This document shows positions 46,788-56,371 of a DNA stretch of 64,000 nucleotides, in pieces. Source of the stretch: Candidatus Binatia bacterium (GTDB taxonomy: Bacteria; Desulfobacterota; Binatia; UBA9968); assembly GCA_036506735.1 (NCBI GenBank), contig DASXRG010000038.1:6856-70855 (forward strand), in the 5' to 3' direction. Made by a program: the position numbers and the translations under genes. Under the pieces are notes generated by a model. It saw nothing but the letters and a program-made list of their open reading frames with translations. It was not told the origin of the DNA and did not search any database. Positions within the stretch are counted from its first letter, which is position 1; each line of letters opens with the position of its first letter.

Positions 46788-46852
46788 CGTTAGGGGTAAG
46801 GCGTAAAGCGTGAGGCGATTTGCTCCTAACCCCTTACGCCTAACGATTCACG
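46788..46852. repeat. Heptamer-periodic inverted repeat (TAAGGGG family)
   Basis: CGTTAGGGGTAAGGCGTAAAGCGTGAGGCG ... CTCCTAACCCCTTACGCCTAACGATTCACG. Confidence 0.85.
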
Positions 46853-46857
46853 AAAAT

Positions 46858-47589
46858 ATGGGCCTCGACGAAATCCGGCAGAAGCGAGCGCTGGTCGAGA
46901 GCCGGTCGCGCATCCGCGAGTTTGTCTTCGGCATTCAGGACGGGCTCATCAGCACGGTGGGCCTGTTAGCAGGTGTTCAAGGCGCGACGGAAAACAACCT
47001 CGTCGTGGTTATCACCGGTCTCACTTCGATGTTCGCCGGCGCCGTCTCGATGGCGACGGGTTCGTATCTCTCATCCACCGCGCAGAAGCAGATTTTCGAC
47101 AAGGAGCTGCGCGAAGCGGAAGCGCTGGCGGAGCGAGAGCCCTATCTTGCCGCTGAAGGTTTGCTCAACGCGCTGAGTCAGGAGGGCCTGAAAAAAGAAC
47201 AGAGCTATCGCCTCGTCAAGCTCCTCGCCCAGGAAGAGAGAGTTTTCCTCAGAACGTTTCAAGAAAAAGTTTTCGGTCTGGGAACGGCCGAGATCAACCG
47301 CCCATTTCAGGCCGCGCTGGTGATGGGACTCTCTTTTGTCGTGGGATCGATCATTCCCTTGCTGCCGTATCTCCTGCTGACGGGGATGAACGCGCTCTAT
47401 TGGTCCATCGCGCTCGCGGCAATGACGCTTTTCTCCGTCGGCGTCTTTAAGGGATATCTTGCCGCCCGGCCGCTTTTTTCTTCCGGCGTGGAGTTCTTTT
47501 TCATCGCCGTCGGCGCGGCTCTGCTCGGCTACCTTATCGGTCTTGTGGTGCAATATTTCTTTCCGGGCGTGGCGGTTCCGGTAGGCTGA
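46858..47589 (+). CDS. VIT1/CCC1-family iron/manganese transporter
   Basis: REFVFGIQDGLISTVGLLAGV and GAVSMATGSYLS motifs plus C-terminal TM bundle. ATG at 46858 lies just after the hairpin. Confidence 0.75.
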   Translation: MGLDEIRQKRALVESRSRIREFVFGIQDGLISTVGLLAGVQGATENNLVVVITGLTSMFAGAVSMATGSYLSSTAQKQIFDKELREAEALAEREPYLAAEGLLNALSQEGLKKEQSYRLVKLLAQEERVFLRTFQEKVFGLGTAEINRPFQAALVMGLSFVVGSIIPLLPYLLLTGMNALYWSIALAAMTLFSVGVFKGYLAARPLFSSGVEFFFIAVGAALLGYLIGLVVQYFFPGVAVPVG

Positions 47590-48511
47590 GCGCCGGCGTG
47601 TATCCGTCGACCAGGCTGCGCAACAAGGTCAGGTTCTCGATATCTTCCTTCAAATCCGGACCCTTCGGCGTCTCCAAGCACATCGGGAAACCCCAGAAAC
47701 GCTGATCGTTCAGCAGCAGCCGAAACCCCTCGACGCCGATGTGGCCCTTGCCGATGTGCTCGTGGCGGTCCACGCGCGAATGAAATTCTTTTTTCGAATC
47801 GTTCAAGTGAAAAGCCGCCAGCAGTTCGAGGCCGATTGTTTCGTCGAATTCTCCGAACGTTCTCTCGTAGCCGTCGCGCGTCCGGATATCGTAGCCGGCG
47901 GCGAAGGCGTGCTCGGTGTCGAAGCAGACGCGCAGGCGATCATTTTCTTTCGTGGCGTGGATGATGTCGCGGATTTGCTCGAAGCGGTAGCCGAGACAGC
48001 TTCCTTGTCCGGCGGTGATCTCCAGAGCGATTCGAACTTTGAATCCGGGACAGGCCGTGTGGATCTCGTCGAGCGAGCGGGCGATGATTTTGATCCCCTC
48101 CTCCTCGCCCGCGCCGACGTGAGCGCCGGGATGAGCGATCAAGTACGAGATGGACAAAGTCTCGCAGCGCTCCATCTCGTCGATGAAGGCCCGGATCGAT
48201 TTTTTTCTCAGGGTCTCATCGGGAGTGCCGAGGTTGAGCAGATACGAATCGTGCGCCACGACCGTGGCGATGCCGGTCTCTTTTCGATTCTGTTCGAAGC
48301 CCTGTATTTCTTCTTTACTGTACGGCTGGGCGGCCCATTGGCGCGACGACTTGGTAAAGATCTGCATGGCGTCGCAGCCGGCTTTCTTCCCGTGGAGGAA
48401 CGCGTTGCCCACGCCGCCGGCGATGGACATATGGGCGCCCAATAGCGGACCTCTCTTTCCATTTTTAGGTACAGGTTTCATCTTCTTTGATTGCCCCGCA
48501 TCGTTGGTCAT
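47534..48511 (-). CDS. nfo: Endonuclease IV (AP endonuclease, Nfo)
   Basis: LLGAHMSIAGG, AMQIFTKSSRQW, LIAHPGAH, LEITAGQG, CFDTEHAFAAGYD, HLNDSK, DRHEHIGKGHIG: complete Nfo metal-ligand series. The start may be the internal ATG at 48481. The 3' end overlaps the convergent VIT1 gene by 56 nt. Confidence 0.8.
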   Translation of the reverse strand: MTNDAGQSKKMKPVPKNGKRGPLLGAHMSIAGGVGNAFLHGKKAGCDAMQIFTKSSRQWAAQPYSKEEIQGFEQNRKETGIATVVAHDSYLLNLGTPDETLRKKSIRAFIDEMERCETLSISYLIAHPGAHVGAGEEEGIKIIARSLDEIHTACPGFKVRIALEITAGQGSCLGYRFEQIRDIIHATKENDRLRVCFDTEHAFAAGYDIRTRDGYERTFGEFDETIGLELLAAFHLNDSKKEFHSRVDRHEHIGKGHIGVEGFRLLLNDQRFWGFPMCLETPKGPDLKEDIENLTLLRSLVDGYTPALSLPEPPRPERNIAPQDR

Positions 48512-48519
48512 CGACTCGT

Positions 48520-48593
48520 CGTTAGGCGTGAGGGGTGAGGCGTGAAATGAGAATTTTTCCGATCGCCTATCGCCTCACCCCTTACCCCTCACG
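48520..48593. repeat. Heptamer-periodic inverted repeat (GTGAGGG/TAAGGGG family)
   Basis: CGTTAGGCGTGAGGGGTGAGGCGTGAAATGAG ... CGCCTATCGCCTCACCCCTTACCCCTCACG. Confidence 0.85.
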
Positions 48594-50205
48594 TTTCTCC
48601 TGAGAAGTGCCTCTTTTCCACGAGCGGCAGCGAGATGCTGCCGGCGCTCAGCAGCCGGTCGTGGAATTTACCCAAATCGAAGCGCGCGCCGAGCTTCTCC
48701 TGCTGCGCCGCGCGCAGGCGGTTGATGATCGACCAGCCGAGCGCGTAGCCCATTGGAATCGAAGGCGACTGGCTGTACCAGTTGAGATCGCCCTCGGCCT
48801 GCGGGCGGGGGAAGTGGAGCTCCCGGACCATGATATCCGCCGCCTCATCGTACGTCATCCTCCCGGTCTGCGTCTTTACGTCGATGATGATCCGGAGGGC
48901 GCGCCACAGACGGTCTTTCAGCATCACAAAGCGGTGCTCCTCGGTTTTCAAAAAGCCCTGCTCTTGCATGAGCTGCTCGCAGTAAAGCGCCCAGCCCTCG
49001 TAGAAGACCGACGACTCGTTCATCAAGCGCGGCAAGGTGCAGGCGGCGGGAATCGAGTTGGCGACGGTAAACTGCAGATGGTGGCCGGGATAGCTTTCAT
49101 GCACCGAGGTATTTTCAAGTCCGGTCCAGTTGTGCTCCCTCAGCAAGTCGTCGTCGTCGACCGGCGTGACGTAGTAGTAGCCGATCTGCTCGGGATCTTT
49201 CGGTGACGGCGAGAGATAAGCCGCAAAAGGGACTTCGTGGCGCTGGAACTCCGGCGTGTGGACGACGCGGAGTTGCTCGCGGGGCGGAAAGGAGACGAGT
49301 CGTTTTTCGCGCACGAAATCCCGCGCCGCCTCCATCGCTTTCTGATAAACCGCCAGCAGCTCGCTCGCCGCCGGGTGATCTTCCTGAATTTTCCGCGCCA
49401 CTTCCTCGATGCTTTTCCCCGGCGCGATCGTCTCGGCCGCCGCCGCCAGCTCTTTCTTGGTCTCGGCAAAGAGCTTTTCACCGAGAGCGAGCAGGCTCTC
49501 GGCGTCCTGGCTGAGAAAGTGGCGCTTCTTGAGCAGCAGGTGATAATGCTCCGGACCGACGGCATAGACGCCGCGGCTGCGCGGGAGAAGATCACGGGCG
49601 AGAAAATCCTGAAAGACACGCGTCGCGCCTTTCGCTTTGTCGACGGCCGCCTGGAAGCGTTGCGGCTCCTTGAGCGCATTCTTTACTCTCGGGATATTTC
49701 CCAGATTGTCGAGGAAAGACAGGCCGCCCTGCGCCGACTCGATCGCCATCTCGGTCCAGAGCCGCGGCGGGTTCGCCTCCGGGCGACTCAGATTGGCGAT
49801 GCCCTGCTCGATTATTTTCGGCGAGCTTCCGAGCCGCGCGAGAAGATTTCCGATCACGTCGTTGGTCGGCCGGACGGTCAGGATATAAAAGTGCGAAGTC
49901 GAGAGATAGAGATCGGGCAGCTTGAGGCGATAGTCTTCTTTGTTGAATTCGTAGTTGTCGATCGTGAGCCGGCCTTCGAGCAGCGCGTAGTCGAGGGTAT
50001 CATCCGGGTTCAAGCCCTTGATGGAGACTTGTTTCAAGCGCTGCAGCGAATCTGCCGCAAAGCTTTTTTCCTCCCGGTACGCCTCGTCCGTATAGTCTTT
50101 CAGCCGGTGGTCGTATCCCTCGATCCCGTAATGAATCGCCTCGGTGGGATGCAGCTCGAAGTAGCGCTTAAAAAACTCCGCGCAGAACTCGGCGAAGGAA
50201 GCCAT
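48589..50205 (-). CDS. DUF885-family protein (metallopeptidase-like fold)
   Basis: 538 aa; HESYPGHHLQ motif and the overall pattern I associate with DUF885. Confidence 0.7.
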   Translation of the reverse strand: MASFAEFCAEFFKRYFELHPTEAIHYGIEGYDHRLKDYTDEAYREEKSFAADSLQRLKQVSIKGLNPDDTLDYALLEGRLTIDNYEFNKEDYRLKLPDLYLSTSHFYILTVRPTNDVIGNLLARLGSSPKIIEQGIANLSRPEANPPRLWTEMAIESAQGGLSFLDNLGNIPRVKNALKEPQRFQAAVDKAKGATRVFQDFLARDLLPRSRGVYAVGPEHYHLLLKKRHFLSQDAESLLALGEKLFAETKKELAAAAETIAPGKSIEEVARKIQEDHPAASELLAVYQKAMEAARDFVREKRLVSFPPREQLRVVHTPEFQRHEVPFAAYLSPSPKDPEQIGYYYVTPVDDDDLLREHNWTGLENTSVHESYPGHHLQFTVANSIPAACTLPRLMNESSVFYEGWALYCEQLMQEQGFLKTEEHRFVMLKDRLWRALRIIIDVKTQTGRMTYDEAADIMVRELHFPRPQAEGDLNWYSQSPSIPMGYALGWSIINRLRAAQQEKLGARFDLGKFHDRLLSAGSISLPLVEKRHFSGET

Positions 50206-50284
50206 TCATGTGACTTAGCACGATAACTCCGCCGGCGCAATTTTCCGTCTTGTAATTCCTTGGGCAGCGACGGAATATTGGTCG

Positions 50285-52438
50285 ATGGCCCGGCCCGCAT
50301 CCTCTAAGCAGCGGCAATCGCCCGCTCCGAGCGCCTTCAAAACTGGCGCGGCGACACTTTCATGGGGTCCGCAGCTCATCGGCTGGATCGCACTGGCCGG
50401 CTGCGTCGCCGCTCTCACGATCTTCAAGCTGGGAAACAACGACATCTGGATCCATCTCAAGACCGGCGAGTATGTGCTGCAAACCGGCTGGGTGCCTGTC
50501 ACCGACCCTTATTCCTTCACCGCGGCAGACCACGCCTACGTGGCCCACGAGTGGCTCGCGGCCGTGCTCTTCTACCTCGTCTACGCGCCTTTCGGCGTAG
50601 TCGGTCTGACCGTTTTCAAGGCGCTCGTCGTAGCCGCCGCGTGTGTCTTGCTCTACGGCGCCGCCCGCACCGCCGGCGCGCGCCTCTCGGTGATGCTGCC
50701 CGCTTTCGGCCTGCTTCTTTACATCGCCGGCGCGCGCTATATCGAGCGGCCGCACATCTTCGCTTACCTGATGGCGGCGATCTATCTCTGGCTCTTCTTC
50801 CGCTACCGCGACGGGGACCGGAATCGCCGCTGGCTTTACCTGATCGTTCCGGCGGACGTCGCGTGGACAAACCTGCACGGCAGCTTTGTCCAGGGCCTCG
50901 CGATGCTGGCGGTCTTCGCTCTCGGCGAAGGTCTCGCCTACGCTCGTGCCCGGATGCTGAGCGCGAACCGCGAGCAGACACTTCCCGCACGCGATCTAAT
51001 TGTCCTCGCCGCGCTCGTGCCGGTTTGCGTCGCGGCCTCGCTGCTCAACCCCTACGGCTTCAGAATGCTGACGTTTCCCTTCGAACTAACTGGGCTCGAG
51101 CTGTTCATGCAGAGCGTCTACGAGTGGAAGCCGCCTTACGACTCCGCCTACAACAGCTCGACCATGTTTGTCCTTTACCTCGTCTGGGTTGGGGCACTCT
51201 GGACGAGCTTTTTCATCCGCTACCGTGACCGGCGCCCGCTGGCATGGCTCCGCGCCGGCAACGCGCTCCTCCTCGGCGCGCTCGCTCTCGTCTACGCGCT
51301 CTTCGCCGTCTTCTGGTTCGAGAACCCGGCGGTGCACTGGAATCCGGCGGCTCTCGCCCGGCTGCTGTACGCGCTCCTCGGGCTATTTTTTTTCTTCATC
51401 GTCTTGAATCATCGCTCGGTGGACTTCACCCACGGCGGGCTCGTAGCTTTTTTCTACCTCCTCAGCCTGCGGCACAACCGGGCGGTGACGGATGCGGTCA
51501 TGGCCACGTTTGTCACCTTGGCCGTCTCGGCCTCGGCGCTGGGCGAGGGCGCGCTCCGCGATACACGCGTGGACCGATCCAATCCGCTTGCCGTCTTCAT
51601 CGGCGCCGCGATTCTGCTCGCGGTCGCGGCGCACGTCTCGCTCGTTGGTTACTACTTCGCCTTTCGGGGCAAGCCGCGCGAGCAGGGCTTCGGCATCGGC
51701 CCCGAAATGCCGACCTGCGCCGTCGACTTCATCGAGCGCGCCCGCATCTCGGGCAACGCGTTCGTCTCATACTCCGAGGCGGCGCAGCTCATCCACCGGA
51801 TGTATCCCGCGGTGAAGGTCAATATGGACTCGCGCAACGACGTGTACGGGGAGGCGCTCTATCGCGAGTATCTGGCCGCCCTTGCGAGCCCGGAGGCCAT
51901 GCAGGCGTATTTGCGGCGCTATCCAGTGGATTTCTTCCTGTTGTCGTATTACCCGCGAGTGCCGAAGATTTTCGCGGCGCTCGAATCGCGCGGCGAATGG
52001 GCGCCGGTGTACTACGACGACGCCTGGTCTGTGCTGGTTCGGCAGAAACCGGAGAACGATGGGCTGATTCAGCGGGAAGGGTTCCGGATTCTGCGCCCGT
52101 ATCCGCTCGTCCCGCAGGAGATCGACGGCAGCAACGCGACGCAACTCTTCGGCGAGGCCGAGCGGGCAATACGGAATTGCCCCAGCGCGGTCCTCGGCTA
52201 CTTTATGAAAGGCGACGCGCTGCGCGCCCTCGGCCGACGGGAGGAGGCGGTCGGTGCTACCCGCGAGGTGCTCGCGCGGGACCCGGAAAACGTTTTTGCC
52301 TATGCCCGCCTGGCCGAGGACTATGCAGCCATCGGAAAGCGCGCTGAGGCGATCGAGATGCTCGAGACGGCGGTCCGGTTAAATCCGAAGTTCACAAGAG
52401 CGCGCGAGTTTCTTGCAGAGCTCCGCCGGCGCCGCTGA
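50285..52438 (+). CDS. Polytopic membrane protein with C-terminal TPR domain (GT-C-like?)
   Basis: At least 10 hydrophobic segments in the first ~430 aa; C-terminal TPR-like helices (GDALRALGRREEAVGATREVLARDPENVFAYARLAEDYAAIGKRAEAIEMLETAVRLNP). Confidence 0.55.
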   Translation: MARPASSKQRQSPAPSAFKTGAATLSWGPQLIGWIALAGCVAALTIFKLGNNDIWIHLKTGEYVLQTGWVPVTDPYSFTAADHAYVAHEWLAAVLFYLVYAPFGVVGLTVFKALVVAAACVLLYGAARTAGARLSVMLPAFGLLLYIAGARYIERPHIFAYLMAAIYLWLFFRYRDGDRNRRWLYLIVPADVAWTNLHGSFVQGLAMLAVFALGEGLAYARARMLSANREQTLPARDLIVLAALVPVCVAASLLNPYGFRMLTFPFELTGLELFMQSVYEWKPPYDSAYNSSTMFVLYLVWVGALWTSFFIRYRDRRPLAWLRAGNALLLGALALVYALFAVFWFENPAVHWNPAALARLLYALLGLFFFFIVLNHRSVDFTHGGLVAFFYLLSLRHNRAVTDAVMATFVTLAVSASALGEGALRDTRVDRSNPLAVFIGAAILLAVAAHVSLVGYYFAFRGKPREQGFGIGPEMPTCAVDFIERARISGNAFVSYSEAAQLIHRMYPAVKVNMDSRNDVYGEALYREYLAALASPEAMQAYLRRYPVDFFLLSYYPRVPKIFAALESRGEWAPVYYDDAWSVLVRQKPENDGLIQREGFRILRPYPLVPQEIDGSNATQLFGEAERAIRNCPSAVLGYFMKGDALRALGRREEAVGATREVLARDPENVFAYARLAEDYAAIGKRAEAIEMLETAVRLNPKFTRAREFLAELRRRR

Positions 52439-52446
52439 TTTACGCT

Positions 52447-53394
52447 CTAGTTTCCTACAGGTGCGAACAGATCCTTCAATTTCGGCCGCCGGGAGATATA
52501 TCCCTGCTCTTCGGCGTACTGAAGAAACTTCTCGAGGACAATTTGATTTTGCGGCGTCAGGCCGTGCTGGAAGGGCTCCTTGCCGAAAGCTTCTTCTTCC
52601 TCTTCGATAACCAGAACGGCGCTGGGCAGCGCGAGACGCTTGGGATATTCATAAGACTTGCGGCAGATTTTTTCCGCTTCGACGAACGCGTTGACCAGGC
52701 TGTTAACGATCCACGGTTGTTCAGCGACGAGAGATTCCCGCAGCACGACCGTGTGCGTGATCGGGAAGATTTTCGTCCGGCCGAAATATTCCGTGATCTC
52801 GCTGCGGGGATTTTTGAACACGCGGCGGATGCGCGGATCGCCGGCCCTGAAAGAGGCCGGGACGTTCGGCGCGATCAGAGCGTCGATCGCGCCGTCCAGC
52901 AGAAGCGACTCCACGTTCCGTTCCCGAACCGCGATGCGCACTCCGTCGGGCGGCTGAAATCCCGCGCCTTCCGGCTCGGAGGTGAACCAGAGCATCTCTT
53001 CCGGACGCACGCCGTAAAATTCCTTGATAATTCCCCTGGCCCACAGCCCGACGGTGAGCCGGTACTGATCCATGCCGACTTTCTTGCCCCGCAAATCTTC
53101 CGGCGCGCGAATGCCCGAAGACGGCGAGCAAAAGACGTATGGGTGGATGAACATGCGCATGGGAAAAACCGGCAGCGCGATGACCGGCTCGCCGCGGCAC
53201 CTCGCCATCGCGTACCAGGAGAGCGACATTTCCGCGATATCGAATTCCTCGTAGACGGGACGGAGACACGCTTCTCCCGGCACCGCCGGACAGGGCTTCA
53301 ATCTGATTCCATCCGCTGTCACTGCGCCGGAGAGTATCGGGCTGGTCCGGTGATAATCCGCCAGCATCAAGGTCAGATTCAGATCGTGAGGCAT
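52447..53394 (-). CDS. PhtD-like (4,5-dihydroxyphthalate decarboxylase family) periplasmic-binding-fold protein without signal peptide
   Basis: LTLMLADYHRTSPILSG...FDIAEMSLSWY...LPVFPMRMFIHPYVF...LRGKKVGM pattern that I recall from proteins annotated PhtD. Family call is from memory. Confidence 0.5.
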   Translation of the reverse strand: MPHDLNLTLMLADYHRTSPILSGAVTADGIRLKPCPAVPGEACLRPVYEEFDIAEMSLSWYAMARCRGEPVIALPVFPMRMFIHPYVFCSPSSGIRAPEDLRGKKVGMDQYRLTVGLWARGIIKEFYGVRPEEMLWFTSEPEGAGFQPPDGVRIAVRERNVESLLLDGAIDALIAPNVPASFRAGDPRIRRVFKNPRSEITEYFGRTKIFPITHTVVLRESLVAEQPWIVNSLVNAFVEAEKICRKSYEYPKRLALPSAVLVIEEEEEAFGKEPFQHGLTPQNQIVLEKFLQYAEEQGYISRRPKLKDLFAPVGN

Positions 53395-53402
53395 CCATCC
53401 TC

Positions 53403-54371
53403 CTAACGTCCCTGGCCGAGCGCCTTGGCCGCGAAAGTTCCGATAAAAAATTTCTCCGCGCCGCCGATCTTCCTGGCGTCCGCCTCCAGTCTGGCCGCGG
53501 CGACGATACTGTCGATCTCTTCTTTCGTGATGGAGATCGAATAGAGGTCGGCGAAGTGCTCGACGACCTTTCTGACGGTCGCGGGATCGCCGTAAGATTT
53601 TTTCTTCAAGACCGTGGCGATGACTCTCTCCGGGTCGGTCTTGACGAGATCCATGCCGCGCTTCATCGCCTTGAGTAAAGACACGGCGCCTTCAGGATCG
53701 GTCTCCGCTTTGCGCCGGCTGGAAAGAATGACCACAAAGGGGAATCCCGTCACGACCTTGCCGATGTCGAACAGCACCGGAAAGCCTTTGCGCTCGAGCT
53801 CCAGCTTTTCCATGAAAGAAAACGGCGAGGCCTGAATCCTTCCCGCTTCCAATGCCTGCGCGCGTGCCGGACTGTTGCCGACGCCGTAAAGAACCTTGTA
53901 ATCCCGGTCGCGCACGAGTCCTTTTTTCGCGAGCCCTTCCACGGAAGCGAACTCCGCGATTCCGCCGGCGCCGGTGACGCCGACGACCTTGCCCTTGAGA
54001 TCATTGGCCGTCGATATCCCTTTAGCGCCGATCAGACTGTAGTCGATGTAGGGCTGCATTCCTCCCACGATGGTGAGGGGGGCGCCTTGCGCGATCGCCC
54101 GCACGGAAGGGACCGAGCCGGCCAGAGTATAATCCACGTCGCCGCCGATCAGCGCGGCGATCGCCGTGGGTCCGCCGATGATGAAGACCGGTTTGATCTC
54201 CAGCCCCTCGGCGGCAAAGAAGCCCAGCTCCATGCCGATCACCAGCGGCAACGTGCTGCTCAACGTCGGCGTCTGGTAGGCGAAGGTGACCGGTTTGGCC
54301 TCGAGTGCTTCGGGCGCGGCAAGGAGGACGATGAGCCAAGCGAAAAAGCAGCCGCGCAGAATCCTCTTCAC
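53403..54371 (-). CDS. NMT1-like ABC substrate-binding protein
   Basis: Signal peptide CFFAWLIVLLAAPEALEA; LKGKVVGVTGAGG pattern. Confidence 0.65.
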   Translation of the reverse strand: MKRILRGCFFAWLIVLLAAPEALEAKPVTFAYQTPTLSSTLPLVIGMELGFFAAEGLEIKPVFIIGGPTAIAALIGGDVDYTLAGSVPSVRAIAQGAPLTIVGGMQPYIDYSLIGAKGISTANDLKGKVVGVTGAGGIAEFASVEGLAKKGLVRDRDYKVLYGVGNSPARAQALEAGRIQASPFSFMEKLELERKGFPVLFDIGKVVTGFPFVVILSSRRKAETDPEGAVSLLKAMKRGMDLVKTDPERVIATVLKKKSYGDPATVRKVVEHFADLYSISITKEEIDSIVAAARLEADARKIGGAEKFFIGTFAAKALGQGR

Positions 54372-54397
54372 TTCGCTCTCCTCGTTGCACCGCTCGT

Positions 54398-55324
54398 CTA
54401 CGCCAGCGGCGCCAGGCCCGACGCCGCGACCGCTTTGCGGATTCCCTCGACGTGTTCCGGGCGGAGCGGCTGAAACGGCGGCCGCACGGTCGAGCGCGGG
54501 AAGCGCCCGCGCGCCGTCAGCGCCTCTTTCTCGACCACCCAGTGCTGCATGAGCGGCTGCTTGTAATAAATCGCGTTCGACAGCGGCCGGATCTGATTAA
54601 AGAGCGCGGTCGCTTGTTGCATCTGGCCGGAATGGGCCAGCTCGAAGAGCTTGGTGATGAATTCGGGCGCGACGTTGGAAAACGAGCTGACCGCGCCGTC
54701 GCAAGTCGCAAACCGGATCAGGAAAAGGCTGCCGTGCGCGACGAGGAAATTGATCTTGCGCGGAAAGTCCTGAAACGCGACCCAGGCTTCCTCGTAATCG
54801 AAGGACGAATCTTTGATCGCGACCACCTGCGGCACTTTCTCGGCGATCTTCTGCAGAACTTCGACCGAGTACATCAAGCCGGTCTTGGCGCCATAGCGGA
54901 AGACGATCATCGGCAGGTCCACCTTCGAGGCCAGCTCCTCGAAGCACGGCACGATCAGCTCGGGACGATCGACCGCCCCGAACGCGAAATGCGGGATCGG
55001 CATGACCAGCAGCCCATCGGCGCCGGCGGCCTTGGCGTCGCGCGCGCATTCGACCAGCTCGCGCGTGCTGAGGCCGGTGCAGCCGACGACCATCGGCATA
55101 TGGCCCGGAATTTCGGCGCGCGCGAGCTCGGCGACGCGGATTCTCTCCTTCGGCGTCAACGATTCGAGCTCGCCGGCGTGGCCGCTGATGACCAGGCCGC
55201 CGATGTCGTGTGTGATGAGCCAGCGGAGGTGGCTGCGGTAGGCCTCTTCGTCGATGCTCGTGTCCGGGAACATCGGCAGGTTCGCCGCCGGCAAAACTTT
55301 TCTGAACTCTTTGAATCCAGCCAT
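54398..55324 (-). CDS. Dihydrodipicolinate synthase/N-acetylneuraminate lyase-family (class I aldolase) protein
   Basis: GGLVISGHAGE, VVGCTG, VAIKDSS (Schiff-base Lys) layout typical of the DapA family. Confidence 0.75.
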   Translation of the reverse strand: MAGFKEFRKVLPAANLPMFPDTSIDEEAYRSHLRWLITHDIGGLVISGHAGELESLTPKERIRVAELARAEIPGHMPMVVGCTGLSTRELVECARDAKAAGADGLLVMPIPHFAFGAVDRPELIVPCFEELASKVDLPMIVFRYGAKTGLMYSVEVLQKIAEKVPQVVAIKDSSFDYEEAWVAFQDFPRKINFLVAHGSLFLIRFATCDGAVSSFSNVAPEFITKLFELAHSGQMQQATALFNQIRPLSNAIYYKQPLMQHWVVEKEALTARGRFPRSTVRPPFQPLRPEHVEGIRKAVAASGLAPLA

Positions 55325-55336
55325 GGGTGTCTCCTC

Positions 55337-56320
55337 TTATGATTTCAGTCCTTCCACAAACTGCTCGCGTTTGAGCCGGTCGACCAGCGTTCCGTCGATA
55401 AATTCTTTCGGATCGCGGCGCGCGGCGTCCGGAAACTCGTTGCCGAAGTTTTCCAGGATCAGACGCGTCCCCTCGACCGTCGGCGCGGCGTAGTCGGGCA
55501 GCAGCGAGACGACGAAGTCGTATTCCATCCTGATGAGCTGGGGATCGTTCATCCTCATGTATTTGGCGATGATCCGCTCGCTTTCCGGCCGGTGGCGCTT
55601 CATGGTCCAGATCGCTTCGGTGAGCGACTTGAGATAGCGGTAGGCGACGTCGCGATTGGGGCCGAGCCAGGCTTCGTCGACGACGACGGAGGTCCAGGGG
55701 AAAGGAATGCCCATCTGCTGCGCGGTAGCGAGTACGCGAAAACCGAGCGCCCGGGCCTGCTCGGTCGCTGCGGCGCCCAGGAACGTGTACTGAATTTTGC
55801 CGACTTTGAACGCGGCGAGGCGGCTCGCGTCGCCGCCGAGCTGCAAGAGCTTCAGGTCTTTTTCCACGCTGAGGCCGGCCTTGCGAAAAAGATAACGAAA
55901 ACCCTGATCGGTCGAAGAGCCGAAGCGGGAAATTCCTCCTACCTTACCCTTCAACTCGGGGATCGCCTTGATCTCGGGCAGGGTCACCAGGTTTGCCGCC
56001 AGGAAAGGCAGCGGGTTGGCGAGGATCAACAGCTTGATTCCTCTCAAGCGCGCTTCGATCGAAACCGGCCCGCCGCCCGCGACCTGGATGCTGCCGCCGA
56101 CCAGCGCCGCGATATTCATCGAGCCGCTGTTGATGTAGAGCAGGTCCACGTCGAGACCGTGCTTCCGATACAAGCCGGCGTCCTGGGCGACCCACAAGTA
56201 CGATTGGCTCGCGTTCAGCGCCGAGTAGGCGACGCGGAATCGGTCGGCGGCGAACCCGCGGGCGGGAAGAGAGATCGCCAATAAGACGGCGAGTCCAAAC
56301 AACCTGTTACGACGCCTCAA
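55337..56320 (-). CDS. NMT1-like ABC substrate-binding protein
   Basis: Signal peptide LFGLAVLLAISLPARGFAA; LKGKVGGISRFGSSTD pattern. Confidence 0.65.
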   Translation of the reverse strand: MRRRNRLFGLAVLLAISLPARGFAADRFRVAYSALNASQSYLWVAQDAGLYRKHGLDVDLLYINSGSMNIAALVGGSIQVAGGGPVSIEARLRGIKLLILANPLPFLAANLVTLPEIKAIPELKGKVGGISRFGSSTDQGFRYLFRKAGLSVEKDLKLLQLGGDASRLAAFKVGKIQYTFLGAAATEQARALGFRVLATAQQMGIPFPWTSVVVDEAWLGPNRDVAYRYLKSLTEAIWTMKRHRPESERIIAKYMRMNDPQLIRMEYDFVVSLLPDYAAPTVEGTRLILENFGNEFPDAARRDPKEFIDGTLVDRLKREQFVEGLKS

Positions 56321-56371
56321 TTGAAGCCCTCCAAACTTGGCGCTGCCGCAGCCGATCGGTCCACCGCAGCG

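Noticed and set aside
47534-47589. 56-nt convergent overlap of the VIT1 and nfo 3' ends as a possible antisense regulatory feature
   Set aside because: More likely it reflects a poorly conserved C-terminal tail of Nfo read through to the next stop. There is no structural or motif support.
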